A stretch of 64,000 nt of DNA from the NCBI RefSeq assembly GCF_963921235.1, contig NC_086105.1, positions 148,242,001 to 148,306,000 of the forward strand. Reading direction: 5' to 3'. Position 1 is the stretch's first letter. Every line of letters starts with the position of its first letter. The translations under genes and the position numbers were made by a program. This stretch comes from Mobula hypostoma (lineage: Eukaryota). Positions 51,100-64,000 of this stretch are shown one piece after another. The notes beneath the pieces are model-generated. The model was not told the origin of the DNA and ran no database searches. It saw only the letters and a program-made list of their open reading frames with translations.

Positions 51100-51263
51100 A
51101 TGGCGGCGGCTCCGCTGTACTTGAGCGCGGCCGAGGTGGCGCGGCTGCTGGAGGAGCCGGGGCTGCTGCCGCTGTTGGAGGTGGCGCTCGGCCGCTTCTC
51201 GAGCGCGGACGGCGGGGTGGAGCAGCCGGTGCGGAGCACGGTGGCACTGCGGCGCTACCGCGG
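51100..51263 (+). CDS. CRYM: CRYM exon 1 (ketimine reductase mu-crystallin)
   Basis: MAAAPLYLSAAEVARLLEEPGLLPLLEVALGRFSSADGGVEQPVRSTVALRRYRG|gtaaag in a CpG island; matches the CRYM N-terminus (LSAAEV, FSS..GGV.QPVR). Confidence 0.93.
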
Positions 51264-51359
51264 GTAAAGGCGGCCGCGAGTGTCGGGGACCGGCCGCTGA
51301 GCTAAACCACATTGTGCCCCCGCCTCCTCACACCCCCTCACCGGCTCGGAGACCTCGGA

Positions 51360-52990
51360 CACCCCTCCCCGCCGTCCGTCTCCCCCCCCCCGCCGTCTCC
51401 CTCCCCCTCCCCTCCCCCTCCCTCCCCCTCTCCTCCCCTCCCCCTCCCTCCGTCTCCCCCCCGCCGTCTCCCTCCCTCCCCTCTCCTCCCCTCCCCCTCC
51501 CTCCATCTCCCCCCGCCGTCTCCCTCTCCTCCCCTCCCCCTCCCTCCGTCTCCCCCCCGCCGTCTCCCTCTCCTCCCCTCCCCCTTCCTCCCCCTCCCTC
51601 TCCCTCTCCTCCCCTCCCCCTCCCTCCGTCTCCCCCCCCGCCGTCTCCCTCTCCTCCCCTCCTCCTCCCTCCGTCTGCCTCTCTTCCCCTCCCCCTCCCC
51701 GCCGTCCGTCTCCCCCCCGCCGTCTCCCTCTCCTCCCCTCCCCCTCCCTCCGTCTCCACCCCCCCGCCGTCTCCCTCTCCTCCCCTCCCCCTCCCTCCTC
51801 CTCTCCTCCCCTCCCCCTCCCTCCGTCTCCCCCCCCGCCGTCTCCCTCTCCTCCCCTCCTCCTCCCTCCGTCTGCCTCTCTTCCCCTCCCCCTCCCACCG
51901 TCCGTCTCCCCCCCGCTGTCTCCCTCTCCTCCCCTCCCCGCTGTCCGTCTCCCCCCCACCGTCTCCCTCTCCTCCCCTCCTCCTCCTTCCGTCTGCCTCC
52001 CCTCCCACCGTCTGCCTCTCTTCCCCTCCCCCTCCCACCATCTATCCCCCTCCCACCATCCGTCTCCCCCCCGCCGTCTCCCTCTCCTCCCCTCCCCCTC
52101 CCTCCGTCTGTCTCCCCTCCCACCGTCTGCCTCTCTTCCCCTCCCCCTCCCACCATCTATCCCCCCCGCCGTCTCCCTCTCCTTCCCTCCTCCTCCCTCC
52201 GTCTGCCTCTCTTCCCCTCCCCCTCCCACCATCTATCCCCCTCCCACTGTCTGATTCCCCCCCCCGCCGTCTCCCTCTCCTCCCCCCTCCTCCTGCCGGC
52301 TATCTCCCTCCCACCGTCTGTCTCCCCTCCTGCCGTCTGCCTCCCCCTCCCTCCGTCTGTCTCCCCTCCCACCATCTGCCTCTCCTCCCTTCCCCTTCCC
52401 GCTGTCTATCCCCCTCCCACCATCCGTCTCCCCCCCGCCGTCTCCCTCTCCTCCCCCCCCTCCTGCCGGCTATCTCCCTCCCACCGTCCGTCTCCCCTCC
52501 TGCTGTCTGCCTCCCCCTCCCTCTGTCTGTCTCCCCCTCCCTCCATCTGTCTCCCCTCCCACCATTTGTCTCTCCTCCCTTCCCCTTCCCGCTGTCTATC
52601 CCCCTCCCACCGTCCGTCTCCCCTCCCGCTGTCTGCCTCCCCTCCCCTTCCCCCTCCCGCTGTCCCCCTCCCACCGTCTGTCTTCCCTCCCCCTCCCGCT
52701 GTCTCCCTCTCCTTCCCTGCCCCTCCCGCTGTCTGCCTCTCCTCCCCTCCCCTCCCACCGTCTATCCCTCTCCCAACCGTCCATCTCCCCCCCGCCATCT
52801 CCCTCTCGTCCCCCGCCATCTGCCTCTCCTCCCGTTCTCCCTCCCACTGGCCCCCCTCCTATCCCCCTCCCGCCATCTGCCTCTCCTCCCCTCCCGCTGT
52901 CAGCCTCTCCACCCCTCCCCCTCCCACCATCTGTCCCCGTCCCCTCCCCCTCCTGCCATTCCCCTCTCCCCCCAACCGTCTGCCTCCCCA
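51360..52990. repeat. C/T-rich degenerate tandem array in CRYM intron 1
   Basis: Units such as CCCCCCGCCGTCTCCCTCTCCTCCCCTCCCCCTCCCTCCGTCT; very few A on +. Confidence 0.97.
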
Positions 52991-53420
52991 CTGCCGTGAA
53001 GTGTGAACTAGATCCTGTCTCACGCCTTCCATACAGATCATTTCATTGAGGTAAAACAATAATAATGCAGAATAAAGTGTAAAAACTACAGGGAAAGGGC
53101 AGTGCAGGGAAACAATAAGATCATAACAAGGTAAATTGTGAGTCCAAGAGCCCATTGTACAAAAGGTCTGTTCAATAGGTGTACTTCAGTCGGGTAGAAG
53201 CTGTTCCTGAGTCTGGTGGTACATGCTTTCAGGCTTTTGTAAGTTCAGTTCGATGGGGGTGGGTGTAAAGAGAGAATATCACTAGTGGGTGGGGTCCTTG
53301 GATTCTGCTGGCTGCTTTATAATGAGGTAGATTGTGAGGTCCATGATATGGTACGAGGGGACCGATCAACAGCCCTTTCACAGTGGGGTAGCTTGTCTCC
53401 AATTGTGGACTCACGGGTAA

Positions 53421-53582
<162 letters not shown>

Positions 53583-53714
53583 TGAGTAAATCCTACTGTG
53601 TCTGTCAGATCTGTGTGGGTTGCCCACCCTTTTCTCCATCAGAATCACTGGGAGACTGTTGTCTTTTATCCCTTCCTTGTATCTGCTGAGTTAGAGTGTG
53701 GTTGTTATATGTAC

Positions 53715-54060
53715 TTCTGCTTGTATCTGTTACTTCTGACTGTTGTGTGTTCACTTGTATCCATCAAGTTTGACTGTGTGTTCACTTGTATCCATCATGT
53801 CCCACTGTTATGTCTTCATTTGTATCCATTGACTGTTATGTGTTCACTTGTATCCATTATGTCTGACTGTTGTGCATCCTCTCTCCTGTATTCATTACAC
53901 CTGACTGTCGTGTGTTCACTTGTATCCATCATGTCCCACTGTTGTGTGTTCATTTGTATCCATCATGTCTGACTTGTGCATCATCTCTCCTGTATTCATT
54001 ACGCCTGACTTGTGTGTTCTGTTCCTTGTATCTGCCACATTATATGACTGTTGTGTCAGA
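53715..54060. repeat. Degenerate TG-rich tandem repeat in CRYM intron 2
   Basis: Recurring GACTGTTGTGTGTTCACTTGTATCCATCATGTC. Confidence 0.8.
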
Positions 54061-54823
54061 CTCTGCCATTACTTTGGGTGCATCAGATGTGTGGAGAGAG
54101 GGAGCTTGCTACATGGGCAACAGCTTGCTCTCTATATTATACTGCCCAGGCTTGTATCTAGACAGCTAGGACCGGACATCCATAGTTAAAACCCTGACCA
54201 ACAGAGTCCCACACGGTATATTCTCTTCCCTGTATCTCTCACATTGTGCACTCTCCTCCCTGTATATGTCACATTGTGTGACTGTTGTACACACTGCCCA
54301 CCCTGTATCGTCGAGTCAGACTGTGGCTCCTCCTTTCCACATTATGTTCCTCAGTTCCCTGAAGACCGTTGACTGCTGTCTGGATGGGTGGTGGGACAGT
54401 GATTGCTGCAGTCATGTTTTCTGCAGGACGGGAGCTAGACAAGAACCACACCCATCTCCGCTGATTTCTGCCTTCCAAACCAGCTCCACCTTAGTGCTCC
54501 CCATCCTGCACCGTCTCTCCTGGGAGGCAGCAGATCCTGGGGAGTCTCTTATGGGTGTATTTAGAGATACAGTTGTACACTCTGCTCAGCAGCCTATTTA
54601 TGTAACCCTGGCTTAGTCAAGCCAAGTTCATTGTCATTTAACTATATAGGTGCATATAATATATATAACTATATAATGTAATGCATATAGAAACAAGACA
54701 ATGTTTCTCCGAACCAGGGTGTAAAGCACATAACACACAGTAACTTATGAAGGTAAGGTTAAGATCTACAGATGAATCACACATAAATTAGAAACTAGAG
54801 CGCATAAATTAAATATTGTAAGG

Positions 54824-55032
54824 CATTGGTTCCCAACACACGCAAAGCATGTGTGACCGGGCTGCGAGGAAACGACATGATTTGGCGATATGAAACGATA
54901 TGAGTCAGCTGCACCTTTCCTCATTCCCTGTCACGCACTGTTGAACTTGAACACGCCCCCCGCCCCCCCAGTCGGCAAGAATATTGTCAATATTAAACCG
55001 GTCCGCAGTGCAATAAAGGTTGGGGACCCCTG
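54824..55032 (+). mobile_element. MITE of the same Charlie family with 8-bp target duplication
   Basis: TTGTAAGG|CATTGGTTCCCAAC...GGTTGGGGACCCCTG|TTGTAAGT; shares its 5' ~120 bp with the 47768 element. Confidence 0.88.
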
Positions 55033-55784
55033 TTGTAAGTTAGGGAACAGTTTAACTTGTGACACTTCGAATATGATGCATCCGGGAATTCAGAAACCTA
55101 ACGGCCTGAGGGGAGAAACTGTTTCCCAAACTGACTGTTTCTGATTTTTTGCATTGTAGTCTCCTGCCTGATGGTAGAAAGTCAAAGAGGATTCTGGATG
55201 GATGGGTGGGATCCTGAATAACAGTGAGGGTCCTGTGTACACAGCGCCCCTGATGAATGTCCCCAGTGGATGGTAGAGAGACCTCTGTGATCCTCTCAGC
55301 TGTTCTCACAGTCCTTTGTAGGGACTTTGGGTCCGATGCTCGGCTGCTCCCATACCAGATGGGGATGCAACTTGTCAGGACACTCTCCATGGTGCTCCTG
55401 CAAAACTCAGTTAAGATGGGCAGGGGCGGAGGGGGGAGCCTTACTTGCCTGAATCTCCTCAGGAAGTGGAGGTGCTGCTGTGCCTCTTATTCAGGGAGGT
55501 GATGTTGAGGGACCAGGTGAGATCATCTGTGATGTGAATCCCCAGGAACTTGCAGTGACCAATTAACTTACTAACCGGTACGTCTTTGGACTGTGGGAGG
55601 AAACCGGGGCACCTGGAGAAAACCCACCCACCAACGGGACGAGCATTCAAAATATGAGATTAACATACGGGTGACTGGGGCTGGTGGGACGTTCCACAAC
55701 AGCTGAGGCCAGGTGGAAGGATGCAGGCTGGCAAGCTGGTTCTGTCTCTGTCGTTCTCCAGATATTTCTGTTGGTCCCCTTCAG

Positions 55785-55847
55785 GTGATGGACGGTATAG
55801 TGATCACGGACAAACGGACGGCTGCAGTGTCCGCCATAGCAACCAAG
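55785..55847 (+). CDS. CRYM: CRYM exon 3
   Basis: cccttcag|VMDGIVITDKRTAAVSAIATK|gtatgg; 63 nt. Confidence 0.96.
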
Positions 55848-56699
55848 GTATGGACTGGCTGGCGCCCCTCAGCAGGGAGGGGTAAGTGGGATGGGAATGA
55901 CTCTGTTCCTGTGCTCACTGTGTGGTTGTACCTTGTTCCATGTGATGGGTCCGTTTCCTCAGATCCAGGGGACCTTCCCCTGTCACCCAACTGTTGCTGT
56001 CCACATCTGGGGAACCCTTGCTGCACTTTGACCACAGAGTCACATTCACAGCCACATCAGAGTCAGGTTTATCAGTACTGACATACGGTATGTCGGGAAA
56101 TGTGTTGCTTTACGGCAGCAGTACAGGGCAATACATAAGATACTGTAAGTTACAATAAAATATGTAAAAAGTAAATAATGCTAAAAGAGAGGAAAACAGT
56201 GAGGTAGGAAAACGATAAGAGGTAGGAGCAGAACTAGGCAATTCAGTCTATCAAGTCACAGCTGGTTTATTAACCCTGTCAACCCCATTCTTCAGCCTTC
56301 TCCCTGTAACCTTTGGCACCCCGGCTAATCACGAACCTATCAATCTCTGCTGTAAACATATCCAATGACTTTGCCTCCACAGCCGTCTGTGGCGATGAAT
56401 TCCACAGATTCACCTCCTGGCTAAAGAAATTCCTCCTCATCTCTGTTCTAAAGGAATGCCCTTCTATCCTGAGGCTGTGCCCTCTGGTTCCAGACTCTCC
56501 CACTTTTGGCAACATTCTCTCCACGTCCACTCTATCCAGCCCTTTCAATATTCAATAGGTTTCAGTGAGATGCCCTCCCCCATTCTTCTGAACTCAGAGA
56601 GTACAGGCCCAGAGCCATAAAACACTCCTCCTACATTAACCCTTTCATTTCTGGAATCATTCTGAGAATCTCCTGAGATTCTGCTCAATCTGAATCAAT

Positions 56700-57350
56700 T
56701 GGTATAGATTCTGATCTATACCAATGATAGAAAAACATCATCTGACCTCTTCAGCTTGTCAGATGATTGCTTTTGTTACTCTAATGGCTAGAAGATCTAT
56801 ACTATTGAATTGGAAAGAGATTAATCCTCCTAATACATTTCATTGATTTTCTCAAACTATGTCTTGTTTAAATCTAGAAAAAACTAGAAGTGTCATTTAT
56901 GACCCATCTATTAAATTTAATGAGACTCAGAGACCATTTATTCAATATTTCCACATGATGTAATTTGACCCTTGCCAATCTATTTTGTGATTTCAATATA
57001 TGGGGAGAGGAGCGGAAGTGGCCACACTATTGGTTCTATCTGAGGTATCATAATAGCCCTTTCTTTTATTTTTTTTCCCGTAGTTTTCTTTTAGTTTGGG
57101 TAGATTAGTAAAAAAACTAATGGGATATATTTTTTTCTTTTTCTGTTTTTTTTAATGATATTTTTGTATTTTATGTATACTTATATATTCAGTTGCTAAT
57201 TTGTGAGATTTTGGGAGGTTTACTAACTGTGTTACTTGACTGTATACTTTTATAGCAATTATTATTAATTAATACAATCCCAATCGCTCTGCACTTATTT
57301 TTTGTAATGTGTATGATGTTGAAACTAATAAAAAGATTGAAAAAGAAAGA
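56700..57350 (+). mobile_element. L1-clade LINE 3' end
   Basis: IAFVTLMARRSILLNWKEINPP...CLNLEK...RPFIQYF*, T-rich 3' UTR, AATAAA and A-rich tail. Confidence 0.75.
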
Positions 57351-58463
57351 TTCTCCTGTGATTATATACCCTTTTCTCCAGTCCTGCCGAAGGGTCTCGG
57401 CCCAGAACGTCTACTGTACTTTTTTGTCATAGATGCTGCTTGGCCTGCTGGGCTCCTCCAGCATTTTGTGTGTGTTGCTAATATATATAATTACTTTAAT
57501 TTCAGTTATTTTTTCCTATTGTTATGTACTGCTGCTGCAAAGTTAACACATTTCACGACACGTGCCGGTGATATTAAACCGGATTTTGCCCCCGGGGTGG
57601 AACCCCTGACCTAGAGGAAACTCACGTGGTCACGGGAAGAATGTACAAACAGTGTCAGAGCTGCACGCGAGTCGCTGGTGCTATCATTCTGTTAAGCTAA
57701 CTGCTACACCACTACGTCACTCCTGTGCACTGAGATACAGTGAAAGACCTGTCTTGCATCCCGTCCATACAGATCAATGAGGTCGTACAAGGGAAAACGA
57801 GGGAAGAAACTGTCAGAGTTACAGAGGAAGGGCAGTGCCGGCAGACAATAAGTTACAAGGCCGTGACAAAGTGAGGTCCAGAGTCCAACTTATTGTATTA
57901 GAGGACCATTCACAACAGCTGGTTAGAAGCTGTCCTTGAGCCTGATGGGACGTGCTTTCAGGCTTTTGTAACCTCTGCCCGATAGGAAGGGGAGAAGAGA
58001 GAATGTCTGGGGTGGTTGGGGTCTGTCATTACGTTGATTGCTTTACTGAGGCAGCAGGAAGTATAGACAGGAGTCCATGGAGAAGAGGCTGTTTTCTGTG
58101 ATGTGCTGGGCTCCAGTTTCTTGCAGTGACGTGCAGAGCAGTTGCCGTGCCAACCTGTGGTGCATCCGGATATGGTGCATTGATAAATATTGGTGAGGGC
58201 TGACGGCCAAATTTCTTTAGCCTCCTGAGAAAGGAAAGGCAAAGGTGAGCTATCTTGGCCATGGTGTCTACGTGGCTGTTGCTGAATGGCACTCCTGGGA
58301 ACTGAAGCACTCAAAGTCCTCTCAACTCAGTGGAAACTGCTGAAAGGGTCTCTGGTGCATTGCTACACTCCCTGCCTACACCCTCACTTGTCTTTCCTAG
58401 AAACTAAAGCTGTTGGGTCGAATGTGGACTCTTCCCCCCTAACCCCTTTGTCTGTCTGTGCAG

Positions 58464-58565
58464 TACCTGAGACCTCCGTGCCTGGATGTGCTGTGTATCC
58501 TGGGAGCAGGTGCTCAGGCCGTGAGTCATTACCAGATCTTCACTCAGATCTTCCCGTTTAAACAG
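58464..58565 (+). CDS. CRYM: CRYM exon 4 (Rossmann GxGxxA motif)
   Basis: tgtgcag|YLRPPCLDVLCILGAGAQAVSHYQIFTQIFPFKQ|gtatgt; 102 nt. Confidence 0.96.
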
Positions 58566-58855
58566 GTATGTTTATCTTACGTGCACATGCCTCTCCCCCG
58601 CCTCCCCCTGCCTCGGAGTTTGCACAGGGAATGCCTTATGGTTCTGTAGTCTATGGGCCGAAGGGCCTGTTTGTGCTATGTTCTGTGTGAGACCCTAGGA
58701 CATAGGAGCAGAATTAGGCCATTCAGCCCATTGATTCTGCTCTGCAATGTAAGCCACTTCTGCATTCCATTCTCCCCACCTGTTTACCGCCCCGGCCCCT
58801 GCACCCATTCTCCATCGGAGATGTGGAACTGACTGCCGCCGTTGGAATCCCGCAG

Positions 58856-59039
58856 GTGAAGGTGTGGAGCCGAACCCGCGAGCGGGCAGAGAGATTTGCA
58901 CAGAGGGCAGCAGGTCCCGTGCAAGTGTGCGGATCTGCTCAGGAGGCTGTCAGCGGCGCAGACGTGGTGATCACGGTGACCATGGCCACTGAGCCAGTGC
59001 TGTTCGGGGAGTGGGTCAAACCCGGAGCCCACATCAACG
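58856..59039 (+). CDS. CRYM: CRYM exon 5
   Basis: cccgcag|VKVWSRTRERAERF...GADVVITVTMATEPVLFGEWVKPGAHIN G|gtagga; 184 nt. Confidence 0.97.
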
Positions 59040-60859
59040 GTAGGAAGCAGCCGGAGGCTCCCACAGCCCGGAAAAAACACTCAGGCTCAGTCCGGAGTTT
59101 GAATTGGGAATGTACAGAAAGTTCAGGGGAGTTTTTAAAAAGTTTAACCCTAGCTCTTTGCATTATAACCTGTCACTGTCCTAGAACAGATCCTGCACAA
59201 TCAGGAAAGATCACCAATGCCTTTATTTTCTGAAGAGAGCTGAACTTTACATATCTATACTCACATCATTCTATAGATTTACAGTAGGGAGCATCCCAAC
59301 AAGCTGCATCACTGCATAGTACAGAAACTGCTCTGCGACAGACAGGAAGGCTCGACAATGGGTAGTCAAAACTGCCCAACGCATCTCCAGCACCACCCTA
59401 ACCACCTTCAAGGACATGTATACAGAAAGGTGCCGGAAAAGACCAGCAATATCACGGAGGATCTCACCCACCTTAATCATAGGCTGTTTGTCCCACTCCC
59501 ATCAGGGAGGAGACATGTACCACCCACATCAGGACCCCCAGACTCAAAAACTAACTTTCCCCAAGCAGTAAGGCTGATCAACACCTCCACACACCCCCAA
59601 CCACCACTACTTTATCATTTCCTGTCAGTCACCTTATGGACATACAATCAATCTATGTATATAAGCTATTTTACATATTTATATCTAATGTGTTTTTTAT
59701 CATTGTGTTCTTTATCTTATTGTGTTTTTAGTGCAGCATCAGATCCGGAGTAACAATTATGTTGTTCTCCTTTACACTTGTGTACAGGAAATGACATTGA
59801 ACAATCTTGAATCTTATTGTACAAGAGAACTGTTTAATAGTCTTATACCAGCAGGACAATTGAACAGTTTCTTTGTACAATAAGATGGCTACTGACCTCG
59901 CAATCTGCCTCATTATGATCCAGCGCTTTACTGTCTGCCTGCACGGCACGTTCTCTGTAATTAACACTTTATTCTGCATTGTTAGTGTTCTCCCTTGTTC
60001 TGGTGGGGAGTTGCCGAGATCCCGAGAGCGATGTTGTCGGGAGTTTGGCGGTTTGGCAATTAGCTCCAGGTGGGGTCACCCATGGCGGTGGAGGTCAAGG
60101 GGGAGGCTCCAGACAAAGAGCAGTCCAACCAAGATGTCGGTGGTGGAGCTGGCGGAAGATGATGCCACATCACAACGGCAGTGAAGATGGGGGGAGGCTG
60201 CAGCAGTGACCAATCCCCGGTCGTCTAACATTCCAGACCACTGGACCCTGACCCCAATCTGTCAAGGACCGTGTGGTGGCTGCCCATGCATCAGCCACCC
60301 CACGTTAAACTAAATCACGCCCAGGCACTCTCGTTTAAGGGAATAATCACTTAAAAGAACATCATATTCAACTTGAGTCACCACACTAGTTCTACTTCAA
60401 TTATAACCTGTAAGGATGGCATTCAAAACAGTATTTCACTCTACATGCAACAACATTAAACCAATTTATGAATGTATTATTGGCATCTGTCATCCAGGAC
60501 ATGTCCTTTTCTCATCACTACCATCACAGAGGGGATCCAGGAGCCTGAAGACACACACTCAACATTTCAGGAATAGCTCCTTCCCCTCTGCTATCAGATT
60601 TCTGGATAGACAATGAACCCAGGAACGCTGCCTCATTTTTTCGCTTTCCCATTGCACTGCTTATTTAATTTATTTCTTATTGTAATTTATATATTTTTAA
60701 TATATATTGTAATATACTGCTGCCACAAAACAACAAATTTCATGCGACGTGCTGGTGATATTAAATCTGATTCTGATCATGTGTAGTGAAGTACAGTGAA
60801 AAATTGCATGTCATGCTCTGCACGAAAACTTCCAGGAGTAGTTGTAGCAATAGTTAGTG

Positions 60860-61170
60860 CCCGTTACACCACTGGTGCTTGGGGCAGCAATGGAGGCCCT
60901 CCATCTCTGTCCTTGGCCATCTTTTCCATTGTGTCCCAGGTGTGTTTCGGGGTCCTCATTTCTGCCTCTGCGGTACGGCACCAAGTTGTCTTTGGTCTCC
61001 TGAGTTTCCTCTGTCATTCAGGGGTCCAGTGAAGTGCTGTCTTGATGGTGGAGTTGGCCTCTCTTCTCATCACATCTCCAATGTTTGCTCATGATGATTG
61101 TGGCCATGTCCTCTTGATAACACTGATGGGGTAGGGCGTAGTTGGAGATCTTTCTTGGCCGGAAAATATG
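60860..61170 (-). mobile_element. RTE-clade LINE 3' fragment
   Basis: Minus-strand ALHWTPE..RK.RRPKTTW.RTAE...QRWRASIAA-type C-terminus. Confidence 0.65.
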
Positions 61171-61784
61171 GAGGATAATACTAGAAAATGGAAAAAGTAA
61201 ACAGGATGGAGGATGAAGTGTTCCGGAGAAGGTGCAGTGCAAGTAGACAAGGTCAAAGATCAAACTGAGGTTTAAAAAAACTCTGCTCACACTCCTAATG
61301 AAGTAGGGCTGCTGGTGTGGCCTTCTTAGTGAACTTTGTAAAGGTGGAGAGGGTGAGGGAAATCTTACTCAGTGGGTGGGGGTGCTCTCTGGGTCTGTGT
61401 GTGTATGTGTGAACTGTGTTCCTCTATTGCACGTCAGGCCCACATTCAGATTCATCTATGAATCACATTGAGCCATACACTGAATACACATACAGACCTG
61501 TCCGGCCGAAGGTTTCTCAGCCCGAAACGTCAACTGTACTCTTTTCCATAGACGCTGCCTGGCCTGTTGAGTTCCTCCAGCATTTTGTGTGTGTTGCTTG
61601 GATTTCCAGCATCTGCAGATATTCTCGTTAGTGAAATGTGTTGTTTGGGTTAACGAGCAACACAACTTAACGATGTGGTGGGGGCAGCCCACAAGTGACA
61701 CCACACATTCCAGCTCCAACATAACATTTCCACAGTGTTCAGCAGAACAACACAAACAACAACAGAAGAACAAGCAGCTTTTCT

Positions 61785-61992
61785 NNNNNNNNNNNNNNNN
61801 NNNNNNNNNNNNNNNNNNNNNNNNNNNNNNNNNNNNNNNNNNNNNNNNNNNNNNNNNNNNNNNNNNNNNNNNNNNNNNNNNNNNNNNNNNNNNNNNNNNN
61901 NNNNNNNNNNNNNNNNNNNNNNNNNNNNNNNNNNNNNNNNNNNNNNNNNNNNNNNNNNNNNNNNNNNNNNNNNNNNNNNNNNNNNNNNNNNN
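61785..61992. other. Assembly gap in CRYM intron 5
   Basis: Run of N. Confidence 1.
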
Positions 61993-62155
61993 CAGCTCTG
62001 GCTCTCCAGTCCTTGGTCTGGACTCTCACGTATTGAGCCTCTGACTTTCAGAGCTCCCTCTCCATCCCAGGGGCCTCAACTATCAGGGCTTGGACTTCTA
62101 GTCTGTGGGGAGGCTGGAGGTCAGGGGGAGGTGACCTGGCTCTGAGCCTTGCTAA

Positions 62156-62329
<174 letters not shown>

Positions 62330-63964
62330 TGAGAGTTCTCCCCCTCACCACCGGGCATTGACAGGGTGCAGAGCTGGATTGTGAGCTCAGCCCAGAGATC
62401 TGTGAAGTGATTCATTTTGTGAGGTCGACTGTGAAGGCAATTTTCTTTGCGGCGTGGAGGAACAGAGGGATTTCAGGGTCCATGTCCAAGGATCCCTCAA
62501 AGTTTCCGCTGGTGTTGATAGGGTGGTTAAGAAGGCGTATGGTGCTTCCGCCTTCATTAGTCGGAGGAATAAGTTCAACAGCCACGAGATAATGTTGCAG
62601 CTCTTATAGAGCTGCCTGGTTAGCAACCCTGGTTAGACCACACTTGGAGTTTTGTGTTCAGTTCCGGCCGCCTCATTGTAGGAAGAATCTGGAGCATTAG
62701 AAAGAGGTGCAGGGGGGATTTACCAGATGTTGCCTGGATTAGAGTGTTGTATGAGCTAGGGCTTTTCTCTTTGGAACGAAGGAGGATGAGAGGTGACTTT
62801 ATAAAGGTGTACCAGATAAGAGGCATAGATAGAGTGGACAGCCAGAGACTTTTTCCCAGGGCAGAAGTGGCTAATACAAGGGAGGCATAACTTTAAGGGG
62901 ATTGGAAGAAAGTATGAGTGGGATGGTCAGAGGTAGTTTTTTTTTATACGGAAAGCGGTGGGTGCATTGATCACGCTACCAGGAGAGGTGGTATATTACT
63001 TTGAGTTTCATTTTCTTTTAGGCACTTACAGGAAAATAAAGAAATACAATAGAATGTATGAAAAGCTATACATAAAAAAGGACAGTTGCACAGGGAGGTA
63101 TCAAGTGGAGCTTAGTGATAGCTCTGAGGGAAGGTAGCGTTGACTGCCGAGCTGTAGTCAATGGAGAGCATCCTGATGTATGCATCTTCATTGTCCAGGT
63201 TTTCCAGAGCTAGATGAAGAGCCAATGAAATGGCATCTTCTGTTGGTGGTGGTCAAATTGGAGTGGATCCAGGTTGCTTCTTGGGCAGGAGTTGATGTGC
63301 TTCATGATCATCCTCCCGAAGGGCCCTATCACAGTGGATGTACAGTAAATGCTTTACACTGATCGGACGATGGTCACTGAGGCAGGTTATCATGTTCTTT
63401 TGGGCAACCAGAATGATTGAAGCCTGCTTGAAAAAGGTGGGTACTTCGAATGGGTGAAAAGGTTGGCAAAATGTTTGAGGCTTTATTAGCGTTGTTCAGA
63501 CCACACACGGAGCATTGTGAACAATTTTGGGCCCTGTATCTAAGAGGAGGTAGGTTGTCACCGGAGAGGGTCCAGAGGGGGTTAACAAGAATGATTCCAG
63601 GAATGCAAGGGTTAACATGAGGAGCATTTGATGGCTCTCGGCCGGCACTTGCTGGAGCTCAGAAGAATGGAGCGGGGGTGGAATCTCATTGAAATCAACT
63701 GAATATTGAAAGTTCTAGATGGAGTGGATGTGAAGAGGGTGTATCCTATGGCGGGGGAGTCTAGGACCAGAGGGCACAGCCTCATGTGAAGGTCCTATAA
63801 GATTCAGGGCTGTAGGTCCCGTACTGTTCTCTGTTCGATATTCTCATAGTAGAACAGAGCCCCAGTATTGTGATAGCTGACCTGTATTTGATGATAATTG
63901 GATATAGCCGCCTGTCTAATTGTGAGCGATGCAGTGCTGATTAGATTTTGTCCTGCTCTCACAG

Positions 63965-64000
63965 GCGGAGATCTTTGCAGAGCTGGGAGAGGTGATTGTG
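63965..64000 (+). CDS. CRYM: CRYM exon 7 (truncated by the window end)
   Basis: ctctcacag|AEIFAELGEVIV. Confidence 0.92.

Noticed and set aside
51255-53006. Pro-rich and Gly/Arg-rich ORFs up to 564 aa
   Set aside because: Translation of the C/T low-complexity array in CRYM intron 1.

Overview
Repeat-dense vertebrate genomic DNA; the repeat families (CR1, Rex1/Babar, Penelope, tRNA-derived V-type SINEs, hAT/Tigger/Tc1 elements) suggest a cartilaginous fish, probably a ray (inference). Three intron-containing genes can be assembled by hand from GT-AG boundaries. (1) SNU13/NHP2L1 (+): 3 coding exons, 2004-9321, 128 aa, complete. (2) A BTB-BACK-6xKelch gene (-): 8 coding exons, 31579-14447, about 581 aa, no ortholog symbol assigned, probable promoter and noncoding exon near 34640-34730. 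(3) CRYM/mu-crystallin (+): exons 1-6 and the start of exon 7, 51100 to beyond 64000. The rest is decayed transposons, VNTR/low-complexity arrays and two N gaps; most ORF-track entries are artefacts of these. The most unusual structure is a 65-bp tandem array built from a Kelch-gene 3' splice site: most copies have the AG inactivated to GG, but two keep it and define a potential in-frame 12-nt microexon (GGWR) in a Kelch blade loop. Also notable are a 62-bp fold-back hairpin in SNU13 intron 1 and a Ser96Cys change in the SNU13 RNA-specificity loop. Reference comparisons are from memory; no searches were run.
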